Shown: one piece after another, positions 1-12,109 of the stretch
Position numbering within the stretch: position 1 is the stretch's first letter
Layout of the letters: each line of letters opens with the position of its first letter
From: Lama glama
Lineage: Eukaryota
Assembly: GCA_028534125.1 (NCBI GenBank)
Contig: CM052816.1
Span: 80,292,001-80,356,000, forward strand
DNA length: 64,000 nt
Reading direction: 5' to 3'
Notes under the pieces: generated by a model
What the model was told of the DNA's origin: nothing
Seen by the model: only the letters and a program-made list of their open reading frames with translations
The model's database searches: none
Made by a program: the position numbers and the translations under genes

Positions 1-435
1 GGGTGTGTGAGGGAGGGGTGGAATCTGGAAGCTAGTCCAGGTTTCATTAGGATGGGCGGAGTGGAGAATGAAGGTTACATCTGTTATATACAATATCTCA
101 ATTGCTGTTCAAACAATCACAACGGGAAAGAAGGTAGGGGTGGTTACTCCATTTTACAGATGAAGACTGAAGGCTCAGATGGTCCTAAATCTTCGTAGTT
201 CACATCTCCCTTAGTGTCTCAGTAATTTTTTCATGGTGCCCCTTGGGCCAAAAAATACCTAACCATTTCATTTATAAGTAAGTCTCAGCAATGTAGGTAT
301 TTATGTCCTAACAACTTATTAGCTGATTGAAAAATATAATGCAATGAAAGAAGAATTTTTTATTTCATTATTTTTATTGAAGTATAGTTGATTTAAATAT
401 TGTGTTAGTTTCAGGTATACAGCAAAGTGATTTAG

Positions 436-498
436 TTATATATATATATATGTATGTATATGTGTGTGTGTTTGTATATATACACACACATATATATA
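436..498. repeat. Compound (TA)n/(TG)n/(CA)n microsatellite in L1 3'UTR
   Basis: Direct reading. Confidence 0.9.
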
Positions 499-834
499 TT
501 TGTTTTTCAGATTATTTTCCATTATAGGTTATTATAAGATGTTAAATACAGTTCCGTGTGCTGAACAGTAAGTCCTTGTTGCTTGTTGCTTACCTATTTT
601 ATGTACAGTAGTTTGCATCTGTAAATCCCACACTCCTAATTTATTCCTACCATCCCCCTTTGGTAACCATAAGTTTGTTTTCTATGTCTGTGAGTTTGTT
701 TTGTATACAGATTCATTTGTATTATTTTTCAGATTCCACATATAAATGATATCTTATATTTCTCTTTCTCTGACTTACTTAACTAACTATAGCATTCTCT
801 AGGCCAATCCATGTTGTTGCAAATGCTATTCCAT

Positions 835-918
835 TGTATGTATGTGTGTGTGTGTATACATATATATATATATATACACATACATACATACACACACACA
901 TATATATGTATATATATA
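835..918. repeat. Compound (TG)n/(TA)n/(CA)n microsatellite
   Basis: Direct reading. Confidence 0.9.
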
Positions 919-3900
919 CCACATCTCCTTTATTCATCTGTTAATGGACATTTAGGTTGCTTCCATGTCTTGGCTATTGTAAATAGTGCTACTGCGAACA
1001 TTGGGATGCATGTATCTTTTCAAATTAGAGTTTTTATCTTTTTCAGATATATGCCCAGGAGTGGGATTGCTGGATTATATGGTAGCTCTATTTTTCGTTT
1101 TTTAAGGAGCCTCCATACTGTTTTCCATAGGGGCTGCACCAATTTACATTCCCACCAACAGTGCAGGAGGGTTCCATTTTCTCCACACCCTCTTCAGCAG
1201 TTATTATTTGTAGACTTTTTGATAATGGCCATTCTGATTGTTGTGAGGTGATAACTTCACTGTAGGTTTGATTTGCATTTCTCTGGTAGTTAGTGATGTT
1301 GAGCATCTTTTCATGTGCCTATTAGCTATCTGTATGTCTTCTTTGGAGAGAAGTCTATTTAGGTTTTATGACCATTTTTTGATTGGGTTTTTTGTTTTTT
1401 GATATTGAGTTGTATGAGCTGTTTGTATATTTTTATTGTTAACCCCTTGCTGCTTGCATTGTTTGCAAATATTTTCTCCCATTCCATAGCTTGTCTTTTC
1501 ATTTTGTTGATGGTTTCCTTTGCTGCGCAAAAGCTTTAAAATTTGATTAGATCCCATTTGTTTATTTTTGCTTCTATTTCTTTTGCCTTGGGAGACTGAT
1601 CTAAGAAAATATTTCTATGATTTATGTCTGAGAATGTTCTACCTATGTTCTCTTCTAGGAGTTTTATGGTGTCATGCTTATATTTAGGTCTTTAAGCCAT
1701 TTTGAGTTTATTTTTGTATATGGTGTCAGAGAGTGTTCTTAATTTCATTGTTTTGCATGTAGCTGTCCAGCTTTCCCAACACCAGTATTGAAGAGACTGT
1801 CTTTTCTCCATTGTATATTCTTGCCTCCTTTGTTGTAGATTAATTGACGTAAGTGTGTGGATTTATTTCTGGGCTGTCTATTCTGTTCCATTGATCTACA
1901 TGTCTGTTTTTGTGCCTATACCATGCTGTTTTGATTACCATGGCTTTGTGGTATTCCCTGAAGTCTGGAAGGGTTATACCTCCAGCTTTATTCTTTTTCT
2001 TCAGGTTTGCTTTGGCAATTCTGGGTCTTCTGTGATTCCATATAAACTTCAGGATTATTTGGTATTTTGATAAGCATTGCATTAAATCTAGATTTTGTGG
2101 GGTAGTATGGCCATTTTAACAATATTCTTCCAACGCAGGAACATGGAATATCTTTCCATTTCTTTGAATCATCTTCAATTTCCTTTATCAGTGTCTTATC
2201 ATTTTCAGTATATAGGTTTTTCACCTCCTTGGTTAAGTTTATTCCTAGGTAACTTTTTGGAAACAATTTTAAACAGGATTTTTTTTTACTTTTTTTTATT
2301 TCATTGTTAATGTAAAGAAATGCAATAGATTTCTGTATATTAATCTTGTATCCTACTACCTTGCTCAATTTATTAGTTTTAATAATTTTTGTGTGAAGTC
2401 TTTAGGGTTCTCTATGTAGAGTATCATGTCATCTACAGATAATGAGTTTTACTTCTTCCCTTCCAATTTGGATACTTTTTATTTATTTTTCTTGTCTGGT
2501 TGCTGTGGCTGGGACTTCCAATACTATGTTGAATGAAAGTGGTGAGAGTGTGCCTACTTATCTTGTTCCTGAATTTAGCTGGAAGACTTTCAGCTTTTCA
2601 CCATTGAGTATTATGTTGTCTGCAAGTTTGTTATAATTGGCCTCTATTATGTTGACATGTGTTCCTTCTATACCCGTTTTGGTGAGAGATTTTTTCATGA
2701 ATCGATGTTGAATTTTGTCAAATGCTTTTTCTACATCTATTGAGATAATCATGTGGTTTTTGTCTTTTATTTTGTTAATGCGTTGTATCACATTGATTTG
2801 TATATGTTGAAGCATCCTTGTGACCCTGGAATGAATCCAATTTGATTATGGTGTATTATCCTTTTTATGTATTATTGGATTTGATTTGTTAATATTTTGT
2901 TAAGGATTTTTGCATTTATATTCATCAAAGACATTAGCCTGTAATTTTCGTTTTGTCTTTTCTTTTTTTTTTTTTTTGTAGTGTCTTTGGTTTTGGTGTC
3001 AGGGTGGCTTCATAGAATGAATTTGGGAGTTCCCACCTCTTCCATTTTTTGGAATAGTTTGAGGATAGGCAATAAGCTCTTCTTTGTTTGGCAGGATTCC
3101 CCAGTGAAGCCATCCAGTCCTGAACTCTTGACAGGGAGTTTCTGGTTTTTATTACAGATTATATTTTAATTCTAGTGATTATTCTGTTCAAGTTATCTGT
3201 TTCTTCTTGACTCAGCTTTGGAAGACTATGTTTCTAGAAACTTGTTCATTTCTTCTAAGTTGTCCAATTTGTTGGCTTATAACTTCATAGTATTCTCTCT
3301 CTCTCTCTCTTTTTTTTTTGTATTTCTGTGGTTTCAGTTGTTAATTCTCCTCATTCATTTCTTATTTTGTTTGTTTGAATCCTTTCTCTTCTTCTTGGTG
3401 AGCCTGGTTAGAGGTTTGTCAATTTTGTTTATTTTTTCGAAAAACCAACTCTTGGTTTTATTGATCTGTTCTATTGTTTTTTCAATCTCTATTTGTTTTA
3501 TTCCCCCTCTGATCTTTATTATTTCCTTCCTTCTGTTGACTTTGGGTTTTGTTTGTTCTTTTTTTTTTTTAATTTATTTTAGGTGGTAGGTTAGATTGTT
3601 TATTTGAGATTTTTCTTATTTCTTGAGGAAGGACTGTATCACTATGAATTTCTCTCTTAGAACTGCTTTTATTGTATCCCATAGATTTTTGTCAAGTTGT
3701 GTTTTCATTTTTCTTTATATATATTTTCTGATTTTTCCCTTTGATTTCATCATTGGCTTACTGTTTTTTTAAGTTAACATGTTGTTTAGTCTCCATGTTG
3801 TCCTGTTTTTCTTTCTGAAGTTGATTTCTATTTTTATACCATTGTGGTCAGAAAAGATGCTTGAAATAATTTCTATCCTCTTAAATTTGTTGAGACTTAT

Positions 3901-6900
3901 TCTGTAACCTAGTATGTGGTCTATCCTAGACAATGTTTCTGTGTTCTTGAAAAGAATGTGTATTCTGGGTTCTTTGGGATGCGGTGTCCTGTAGATATCA
4001 AGTAAGTCCAACTGGTCTACTGTGTCTTTTAGGACCTCTGTTGCCTTATTGATTTTCTGTCTGGATGATCTGTTCATTGATGTCAGTGGGATGTTAAAAT
4101 ATCCTACTATTAGTATATTCCTGTCAATTCTCCTTTTAAATCTGTTAGTATTTGTTTTATATATTTAGGTGCTCCTATATTGGATGCATATATGTTAATG
4201 AGTGTGATATCCTCTTCTTGCATTGATCCCTTTATCATCATATAGTGTCCTTCTTTATCTTTCTTTACAGACTTTCTTTTAAAGTCTACTGTGTCTGATA
4301 TGAGTATTGCTCCCCAGCTTTCTTGTCATTTCCATTTGCATGAAATATCTTTTTCCATCCCCTCACTTTCAGTCTCTGTGTGTTCTTCATACTGAAGTGA
4401 GTCTCTTGTAGGCAACATATTGTAGGCTTTTTTTTCATCCAATCTGCCACCCTATGTCTTTTGATAGAGCCATTTAATCCACTGACATTTAAAGTAATTA
4501 TTGATAAGTATGTACTTATTGCCATTTTAAATTTTGTTTTCCAGTTGTTTTTGTAGTTCTTTGTTCATTTCTTCTTTTTTTCCTTTTGTGGTTTGATAGT
4601 TTAATTTGTAGTATGCATCAGTTCCTTCCTTTTTGGTTTTTGTGATCTACTGTATGTTTTTAATTTGTGGTTACCCTGGAGTTCAAGTATATTAACCCAT
4701 AACTATATCTACTTGCTTTAAACTGGTAATCATACAAGTTCAAGCACATTCTAAAAGATCTACATTTTTATACTCCCCTCCCCTCCATTCTGTGATTTTG
4801 ATGTCCTGTTTTAGATCTTCATGCTTGTCCTTTTGCTGTTAATTGTAGTTATAATCATTTTTACAAAAAAAATTTTTTTATTGTTTGTTCATCTATGTGC
4901 TGGCTTATTGTTAAGGTGTTCAGAGCCTACACTGGATGTTGAGCAGTGCCTCCTCTTTGGTCTGTGGCTGTCACTGTCCTGTCAGGGGCCAAGTCTGCTA
5001 CCCAGTTGTCGAAGTGGAAGCCCCGAGTGCCTGGTTCAATCAGGCCTTGTTGCCTTGCTCCAAGAGAGGGGACTGCTGAAGCAAGTGAGGCCCATGTGGT
5101 CACAGCAAACCTACGTACTGCCTGGGCAGGCATTTGTGATTCCACCCTGAAGCAGCCCAGGTTCACATCCCTTTCTCTATTTTGTTCGTCCCAGACCTAG
5201 TACAAAGCTGTGGCGTGGAGTCGGCTGGGGCTGGGACCCAGGGTGCTCTGGCTGCAGGAATCAAGGCAGCTGTGCCTCCTGAGACCTGGGCTGCTTCTGT
5301 GTCACTCCTCTCCCAGGACCCTTCTGCCCCAGATCCAGCGCCAAGCTGTGGTGTGGAGTGGGCGCAGCCAAAGCGCTCCCCACTGAAACCGCTGCATACT
5401 TCTACCCAGGGCAGCTCAGCACCCAGCTGCTGTGGGTTCCTGTGGCTTTGCCTGGTGTGCACCCTAACAATGTCTGCCAGGGCCCACCCTGCCCCCGCCA
5501 CGTGTGCTGACAATGGATTCCACGATTCCCCAAGACCACACCTCAAGCCCTCCAGGCTCTCTGGACCCCTAGATGGAGTCCTCTCCCAGGACCTGTCTGA
5601 CTCAGATTCAGCTAACACTGCGTGTTCCCGTGGCGGCACCCGTGTGCACACTGACAATGTTGGCCAGGTTCCATACGCCACCCCTGTGCATGAGCTGACA
5701 GCGGTCTCTGCAGTTCAGCCCGGATCACCCCCCACCCCCTCCAGGCACCGTGGTTATCTCTGCACAGATAGACCAAATCTCCGCCCTCCTCTCACTCCAG
5801 GCTGCAATGTGGAGTGAGCAGGCCAGGGAGTTCACCTCTTCGTGCTGAGAAGTGCGGCAAGGTGGCAGCCGCCAGTACAAGTGCTCCCCACCCTGATTGT
5901 CAGCCAGCCAGCATGTGCACACTACTCAGGAAGAGTCTAGGCTTCTCCAGCTCCTCTGTGCATCCCGGTGGATATCCCAACAGGCAAGGGGGCTCCCCAA
6001 GGCGAGGGTCTACTGGTGGGGACCCTCTCTTCCTTAGAGATCCCTCCCAGGGGCACTTGTCCTGTGGAGATATTTCTTGCAACTTTGGTTGTATAGGAGA
6101 TTCCTGCCAGTTTCCAGTTGGTTTTCTGTGAGAATCATTCCACGTGTAGATGCGTTTTTGATGTGTTTGTGGTGGGGAGGTGAGCTCTGCTACTCCACCA
6201 TCTTAACCCCCTTCCTATTTCCATTCTTAATCACAAGTCCTTCCTAATACATCATACACACCTTTTGGACACTGTGACTTCTCATGCCTTGGAATCAGAT
6301 TGGATGTCGCTACCCTCATTTTCTGTTCCACGCTTATTTTCATATGATAGTTGCTTTTATCATGACTGTGGAGAAACAAGCCACAAAAAATCTAAAGCCA
6401 TTGAAAGGACTGTATTGCAATCTTATGTTGCAAGCATGAACTTTTCATTATTACTTCACATGGTATCTGACAGATGTTGATTTTCACTGTGTTTACTGTT
6501 TTCAAATGCTTAAGTATCCTGAGACAGCCCTTTGAGTTCACTGTGGTGCCCTGGGGTACTGTGGCACATAGTTTGTGAAATACTGATTTAACTGATTTGC
6601 CAGAATTTAAACTTTAATATTCCAACTCCAAGTCTTGATGCTCTTAAACCATTTTTAGGGCCTTTCCTTTAAGATCATGTTTCCATTGCCATTCAGATTC
6701 TCATTTGAATTCAAGGTCCAACAAGGAAAATATGACCCTCTTGAAGTCTTTAAAACAGAGGAAATTTAATATGGAAAATTATACTGGTGATAAAAGAGCT
6801 GAGAAGCTCAGGGAACAGTGAGGCAACCCAGAAATGAGCAACCACAGGAAGCTGGGACCACTCCCATCACTGCAGAATTTTTATGGGGAAAGGAAATTTT

Positions 6901-7204
6901 ATGGGGACTCAGAAGCTAAGGTTACCTGTTGGAAGCTGCACCCACAGTGGAGACACAGCTACTGCCAGAGACATCTAAGGATGGAGAAAGAGAGGGGAGG
7001 AAGTATCCTGATTTCTTCCTTTCTCCTACCCTCAGCCTTCCCATCAACGCTTCCCATTGGATGAATCTGCCTAGAAGCCAGAGAGCGAGGGAACCTGGGA
7101 AATGTGGTCCCTTATGGTACAGGGTACAGAGCATGGGGGAGGGGCAGGGAATGGATCTGAGCAGACAAGCAGTTGACTGGCACTACAAAATGTAGTATAT
7201 ACAC

Positions 7205-7410
7205 TTTGTTCATTCTATGATTCCTTTAGCAAGTATTTATTGAGGACCTACTAGGTGCCAGGTATCATGTTAGATACCATAATAAGCAAAACAGACCTGA
7301 TCACTGCTCATATGGGGTTTGAAGACCAACACAGGAGAAGCAGAATAAACACAAAGCTATCTAATTATAAAGCGTGTTAAGTGCAATGAGGGAAAATCCC
7401 GCCGTGCTGT
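7205..7410. mobile_element. L2 3' fragment
   Basis: ttcatt...caagtatttattgaggacctactaggtgccagg is typical of the L2 3' end. Confidence 0.6.
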
Positions 7411-7559
7411 GAGATGGGCAGTGATTTAGAGGAAGGGGGCACCCTCCCGGTATGTTAAGTCTCGTGAATTGACTCCTGGGGTATGTGTAGAAAACTTACG
7501 GTCAGGAAAGGTCAGATTATTTATATCTAGGAAAAGTTTACAAAAGATATTGGCTCATT

Positions 7560-7950
7560 CATATTTTAACTTCACATCAGCATTATGGGGCTTTGTTGTG
7601 TTTGTGTGTAATACAGTGTGTGTATGTGTGTGAGTGTGAGACAGACGGGGTGGGAGGAGCAGAGAGGGAGAGAGAACAGTACAAAGGAAGATTCCTTTAG
7701 ACTAACATTCTAAGGAGCCAGCAGGCTCACAGCAGCTAATCTCCATCATGCTTTCCAGGCCCCACCCCCTTTCTTCTCATCATAACTTGTGATCTTAGAG
7801 GCATGAAAGAATTTGAGCCCCTCCCCTAGCCTGACCATCTCTGCTGGCCGCTCAGCCAGGCTCCATGTCAAATCCAGCCGGGAGCACAAACCCCAGGGCC
7901 ACGCAGGAGGTGGCAGTGGACTCGTAGGCAGGTTTCGGCACCCAGTGGCC
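7560..7950 (+). promoter_or_regulatory. SLC45A2: SLC45A2 proximal promoter / 5'UTR
   Basis: Unique sequence directly upstream of the ATG, with SOX-type motifs (CTTTGT 7591, ACAAAG 7681) and a TG-rich tract. TSS not determinable from sequence. Confidence 0.55.
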
Positions 7951-8335
7951 ATGGGCGACAAGAGTGGGCAGCCCGGCACCCACACCTATAAATCTCTCGC
8001 TGAAGATGGAGCCTTCGGCTTTGTGGAGCCGCCCAAAAGACCCACGGGGAGTCTGCTCATGCACAGCATGGCCATGTTCGGCCGGGAGTTTTGCTACGCG
8101 GTGGAGGCGGCCTACGTGACCCCAGTCCTGCTCAGCGTGGGCCTGCCCAAGAGTCTGTACAGCATGGTGTGGCTCCTCAGCCCCGTCCTGGGGTTCCTGC
8201 TGCAGCCCGTGGTGGGATCTGCCAGCGACCACTGCCGGGCCCGGTGGGGCCGGCGAAGACCCTACATCCTCACCCTGGTCGTCATGATGCTCCTGGGCAT
8301 GGCTCTGTACCTCAACGGGGACGTTATCATATCAG
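7951..8335 (+). CDS. SLC45A2: SLC45A2 (MATP, melanosomal MFS transporter) coding exon 1
   Basis: ATG at 7951 in good Kozak context (gccATGg). Translates MGDKSGQ...[25 protein letters not shown]...[10 protein letters not shown], which includes the sucrose-transporter RWGRR signature. GT donor at 8336 (CAG|gtcagt). 385 nt, the expected exon size. Confidence 0.98.
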
Positions 8336-9382
8336 GTCAGTGGACCGCGCGAGGTGGGCCGCCGGGAGCGTCCTGTGATGCAGCTCAGTAGGAGCAGAAT
8401 GCCAGTATCTTCATGTGACAGTCAAAAACCAGTTAAAACTTACTATCTCTCCTGAGTTACATTGAATTTCCACCTGTGAATGACCCAAATTCTGTGGTTA
8501 AGAGCCTTTACTTTTAGAAACCTCAGGCTACATTATTTTTTAATTGTTGTGAGAATCTTAAAATAGGATTAAATTTTTATCTATTTTTAAAAATTGCATA
8601 TTTTTACGTATTTATCAACTGTGGTGTTTTTGTGCCCATTGTAAGATATTTAGTACTTTCTCAAAATAACCAGCTGCCAAATGGCTCTATAAGTATTTAC
8701 AATAAATGTACCTGTGTGTCCAGTAAGAGTTAATTATGTTCCCAGCTTTATGTAGAGTCTTTTAGTGGGTCAGGGTATCAGCCTGTTAGCTCAAGGGGAC
8801 ATTTTTGCATTTAAAATCATGGACATAAACCTGATGGTGAGCTCTTTTTCTAGCCATTAAGCAGCCCCTAATTAATCCACAATTGGTAGTACTACAAATT
8901 GCATTGAAAAAAGGATCATTAAACTTAAAAACAACACATTTGTTTTTTTGCGATTAACTCTCAGGCTAGCAGAATGGATGATAAAGAGGCAGGATAATCA
9001 GTTATCATTTGTATATAATTTTAAAAGGGCATAAATCCATAAATGTAGAGTATTTCTGGAAGAATTTCCAAAAAATCTGAATAGTTGCCTCTAGGGAATG
9101 GCACTAAGGGGCTGGGGGTGAGAGGGGGAGGGGAGGCTTGTTTTCACTTATTTTTATACTGTATTTTTTTTAAAGAGCAGGTGCATATATTACACATTGT
9201 TAAGTTTAAAAAAGAAGCTGAAAGCAAGGGAAATAGTTATGAGTAGGTGAATGGATTGTGGTATAGCCATACAATGGATACTATTTAGCTGTTAAAAATT
9301 GTGAAGTTGATCTTCATTAAATGAAATGCTGAGATAAGAAAAGAGTTGGTTACAGATGAACAAGTACAACACGATCCCATTA

Positions 9383-9573
9383 GTCAGTGCTCCTCAAGGC
9401 ACATTCCTGCACCTGCAGCATCAGCATCACTGGGGGCTGTTAGAGGTGAACATTTCCAGGCCCCATTTCTACCTACTGAGGAATCATGGGAGACTCATGG
9501 GAGATGGAGCCCAGCAATGTTTAAACAAGTCATCCAAGTGATGGCTAAGCATGCCGAAGTTTGAGAAGCCCTG
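9383..9573. mobile_element. MER5A-like hAT-Charlie MITE
   Basis: cagcatcagcatcactggg...acctactga...aagtttgagaagccctg hallmarks. Confidence 0.7.
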
Positions 9574-9726
9574 CGTGAGGGCGCAGGTGCGCACCTCTGT
9601 ATAAAGGCATAAAGGGAGATCTGAAGGAGGACAATCTCTAGGGGCTAGGATTCAAAGCATTTCCCCAGCTCTTCTATATCCTTGGAATGGTTTACAATAA
9701 GTGCATAATTTAAAACAGCTTTCTTT

Positions 9727-9870
9727 TTTGGGGGGTGGGGAGGGAGGTAATCAGGGTTTATTTATTTATTTGTTTGTTTATTTATTTAATTGAATGGAGG
9801 TACTAAGGATTGAACCCGGGACCTCGTGCATGCTAAGCACACGCTTTACCACTGAGCTATATCCTCTCCT
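9727..9870 (-). mobile_element. tRNA(Ala)-derived SINE, camelid Vic-1-like
   Basis: Reverse complement has A box TAGCTCAGTGG, B box GGTTCAATCC, an (AAAT)n tail and a C-rich end. Perfect 14-bp TSD aaacagctttcttt (9713-9726 / 9871-9884). Confidence 0.85.
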
Positions 9871-9884
9871 AAACAGCTTTCTTT

Positions 9885-10135
9885 AAAGAAATACGATTCA
9901 CATACCATAAAAAGTCACTGTCTACAAGTGTACAACTCAGTGCTTTTTAGTATATTCTCGATTATGCAACCATCATCACTATTTAATTCTGCAACATTTT
10001 CACCCCCCCGCCCCCCACCAGAAAGAAACCTGGTCACCATCAGCAGTCAGTCCCCACTTCCTTCTCCCCAACAGCTCTAGGCAACCACTCACCCTACTTT
10101 CTGTCTCTATAGAGCTGTCTTTTCTGGACATTCAC
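9885..10135 (-). mobile_element. Old L1 (L1MB-like) 3' fragment
   Basis: attcacataccataaaa...aagtgtacaactcagtg...ggcaaccact...tttctgtctctat motifs. Confidence 0.7.
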
Positions 10136-10301
10136 TTGCATAATTTTTAAAACCTGAAAAAATAATGAAGCTATTTTTATTTGGAAAAGCAAAGTAAAAT
10201 GAAAGTAAATGGAGATAAGTTAATGAGAGGTTTTGGTGGAAATAAAAATGCAGATCATTCTAAAGCAGGATTTAGAAGACCAATGTTTGTTTCTCTTTCA
10301 G

Positions 10302-10478
10302 CTTTGATTGCTGACCCAAGGAGGAAGCTAATTTGGGCCATAAGCATCACCATGATAGGTGTGGTTCTCTTTGATTTTGCTGCTGACTTCATTGATGGGC
10401 CCATCAAAGCCTACTTATTTGATGTCTGCACCTATCAGGACAAGGAGAGGGGCCTCCACTACCATGCCCTCTTCACAG
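10302..10478 (+). CDS. SLC45A2: SLC45A2 exon 2
   Basis: ttctctttcag| acceptor and |gtatgg donor. 177 nt encoding [43 protein letters not shown]...HYHALFT. Phase consistent with exon 1. Confidence 0.97.
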
Positions 10479-12109
10479 GTATGGAATATTCCAGAAAGTC
10501 TATCCTTCAGCTCCCAGCACAGGGAGGCCCTTCCACTGAAGCCACTCAGTGTCTCAGCACTCGAATTTTTTGAATGAATGGATCCATTGAGATGATGAAA
10601 CACTCCCATCACGAGGGCTCTGTCTTCCGGTGTATTTCTCTAAACAAAGTCAGCTTGTGACAGGGTGTGGAGTTTTTATAGAGGAGGTTTATGCAAGAGC
10701 TTTTTACTTTTTGTTTTGACGTTGTTAGTTTTTAAATGAGTAACATGTAGCATCAGCATTACTTAGGAGTCTGTTAAAAATGCAGCTCCCTAGGCCCCTC
10801 CCCCAGGTATTTTGATTCAGTGGGTTTGGGGTGGGGCCCAGAAATTTGCATTTTTAATGACAGTCCCAGATGAGTCTGTGGCAGGTGTCCCAAGAATCAC
10901 ATTTAAAAGTAAAAATAGAAACAAACCAAGCAAATTAAAGAACTTCAAATCTTAGAGATTTCTTAGTCATATAAAGAGTTGGCATTTTCTCAACCTCCTG
11001 GTTTGGAAAAGACCATGAAAAAAGACTATGGGGGTGCTCCCTTCCAACGCTTGGGGCCATTACCAGCCTCCTTTGGTTGCTGTTGGGTCCTTCATTTCAA
11101 GCAGTGCTACTAATGTTCCACATGCTTTATAGAGCTCCAGTTAGGACTGTTCTAGCACTGGAGGGTCGTACACAGGACTATAGCATGATCCTGGCCTGGG
11201 AGCATTTTTATACCTAGATAGTAAGGGCTCTATTTGATTGTCTTCATGGCCCAGCCAATGTATTTATTTTATGTTTTGGCATATTCTGTCTCCTCTGAAG
11301 GTCAGGTAGTTCTCAGGAGAAGAAGAATCTTGAGTTTTGTTCAGTTTATGTCTCTAGAGCCAAGAGCAGAGCCTGCACACAGAAGCCATCGGGTCAAAAT
11401 TTATTGTTTGAGCAAATATTTGAATGGTGAACACTGGAAGAATGGGGCTGCCCAGCAGAGACGGGAGTTCGTCCTTGCTTTAGGGAAGGTGGAGGAGCGG
11501 GAGTCCACCCCATCCGTCACTGGTCCCTGACCACACTGTCTACAGCTAGAAGGTCCCAGAATAGAGATGCAAACTGATTTCTCCTGATTTAAATCCCATA
11601 ATACCTGCTGCTTTACTTTATCATAATTTGCTGAAATTAATTACAGCAAGATCACGGGAGACTTTTTGGCTTTTGACCCTGACACATGGAGGGTTTTATT
11701 GCTCTGAAGTACTCTGGGCAATGTGGCCACTCCTTCTTGTCTTACACCAGTATTAGTCTTGGCCAAATAGCCTCTGCTTTATTGCCTCTGATATTAGAAG
11801 ATTGAACTCTGTATTTTGGGGACTTTTCCAAGATTAGCATATGGTAGTATTTCTATTGACTTTGAGAAAATATCTTGAGGTTGTCTATTGATAGTAACAA
11901 ACAGTGGTCTCAGGAAGCATGTGTAATTTTCACATGCCCTTGGTTTAGGCTCTCACTATGTCTTGTCTGAGCTTTCGTACTTATCCTTTGTTTTTCCAGT
12001 CTCTAATGTCTTCCTATTCCGAGTGAACCAGCACACAGCTTCCAGATTCAGATTCCTAAATGACAGCTATACCAGGGTGCTTTCATAATCAATGACCTGC
12101 AGTGGCTCC

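Larger units (their letters stand above)
370..6215 (-). mobile_element. Degraded near-full-length LINE-1 (5'UTR, ORF2 and 3'UTR; ORF1 not recognisable)
   Basis: Minus-strand ORF2 fragments: endonuclease (IITLNVSGLN...CCLQETH, 4286-4525; 3769-4077), RT ([17 protein letters not shown], 2558-2815), GGITLPDF (1840-2082). T-rich tail at about 370. L1-type start GGGGTTAAGATGG at about 6210. Many stops and frameshifts. Confidence 0.93.
200..6587. mobile_element. hAT-family DNA transposon remnant (MER115/Zaphod-like), split by the L1 into about 200-369 and 6216-6587
   Basis: Right end ...ggcacatagtttgtgaaatactg is a hAT-type terminus (CAGTRTTTC-CAAACT). The sequence appears continuous across the L1 with a tattt(c)catt duplication. 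Family name from memory. Confidence 0.45.

Noticed and set aside
811..4525. Functional L1 ORF2 or independent genes
   Set aside because: Broken into many short frames by stops, frameshifts and deletions. The + strand ORFs are antisense L1 artefacts.
5163..5817. 211-aa and 172-aa ORFs in the L1 5'UTR as an ORF0-like gene
   Set aside because: The 211-aa ORF starts at TTG, the GC-rich context is poor in stop codons, and I recognise no homology.
7813..7950. 46-codon N-terminal extension of SLC45A2
   Set aside because: Starts at TTG. The ATG at 7951 has a strong Kozak context and gives the expected 385-nt exon.
9795..9870. tRNA-Ala gene
   Set aside because: The tRNA-like head is followed by a SINE tail and bounded by a TSD, and the acceptor stem does not pair well.
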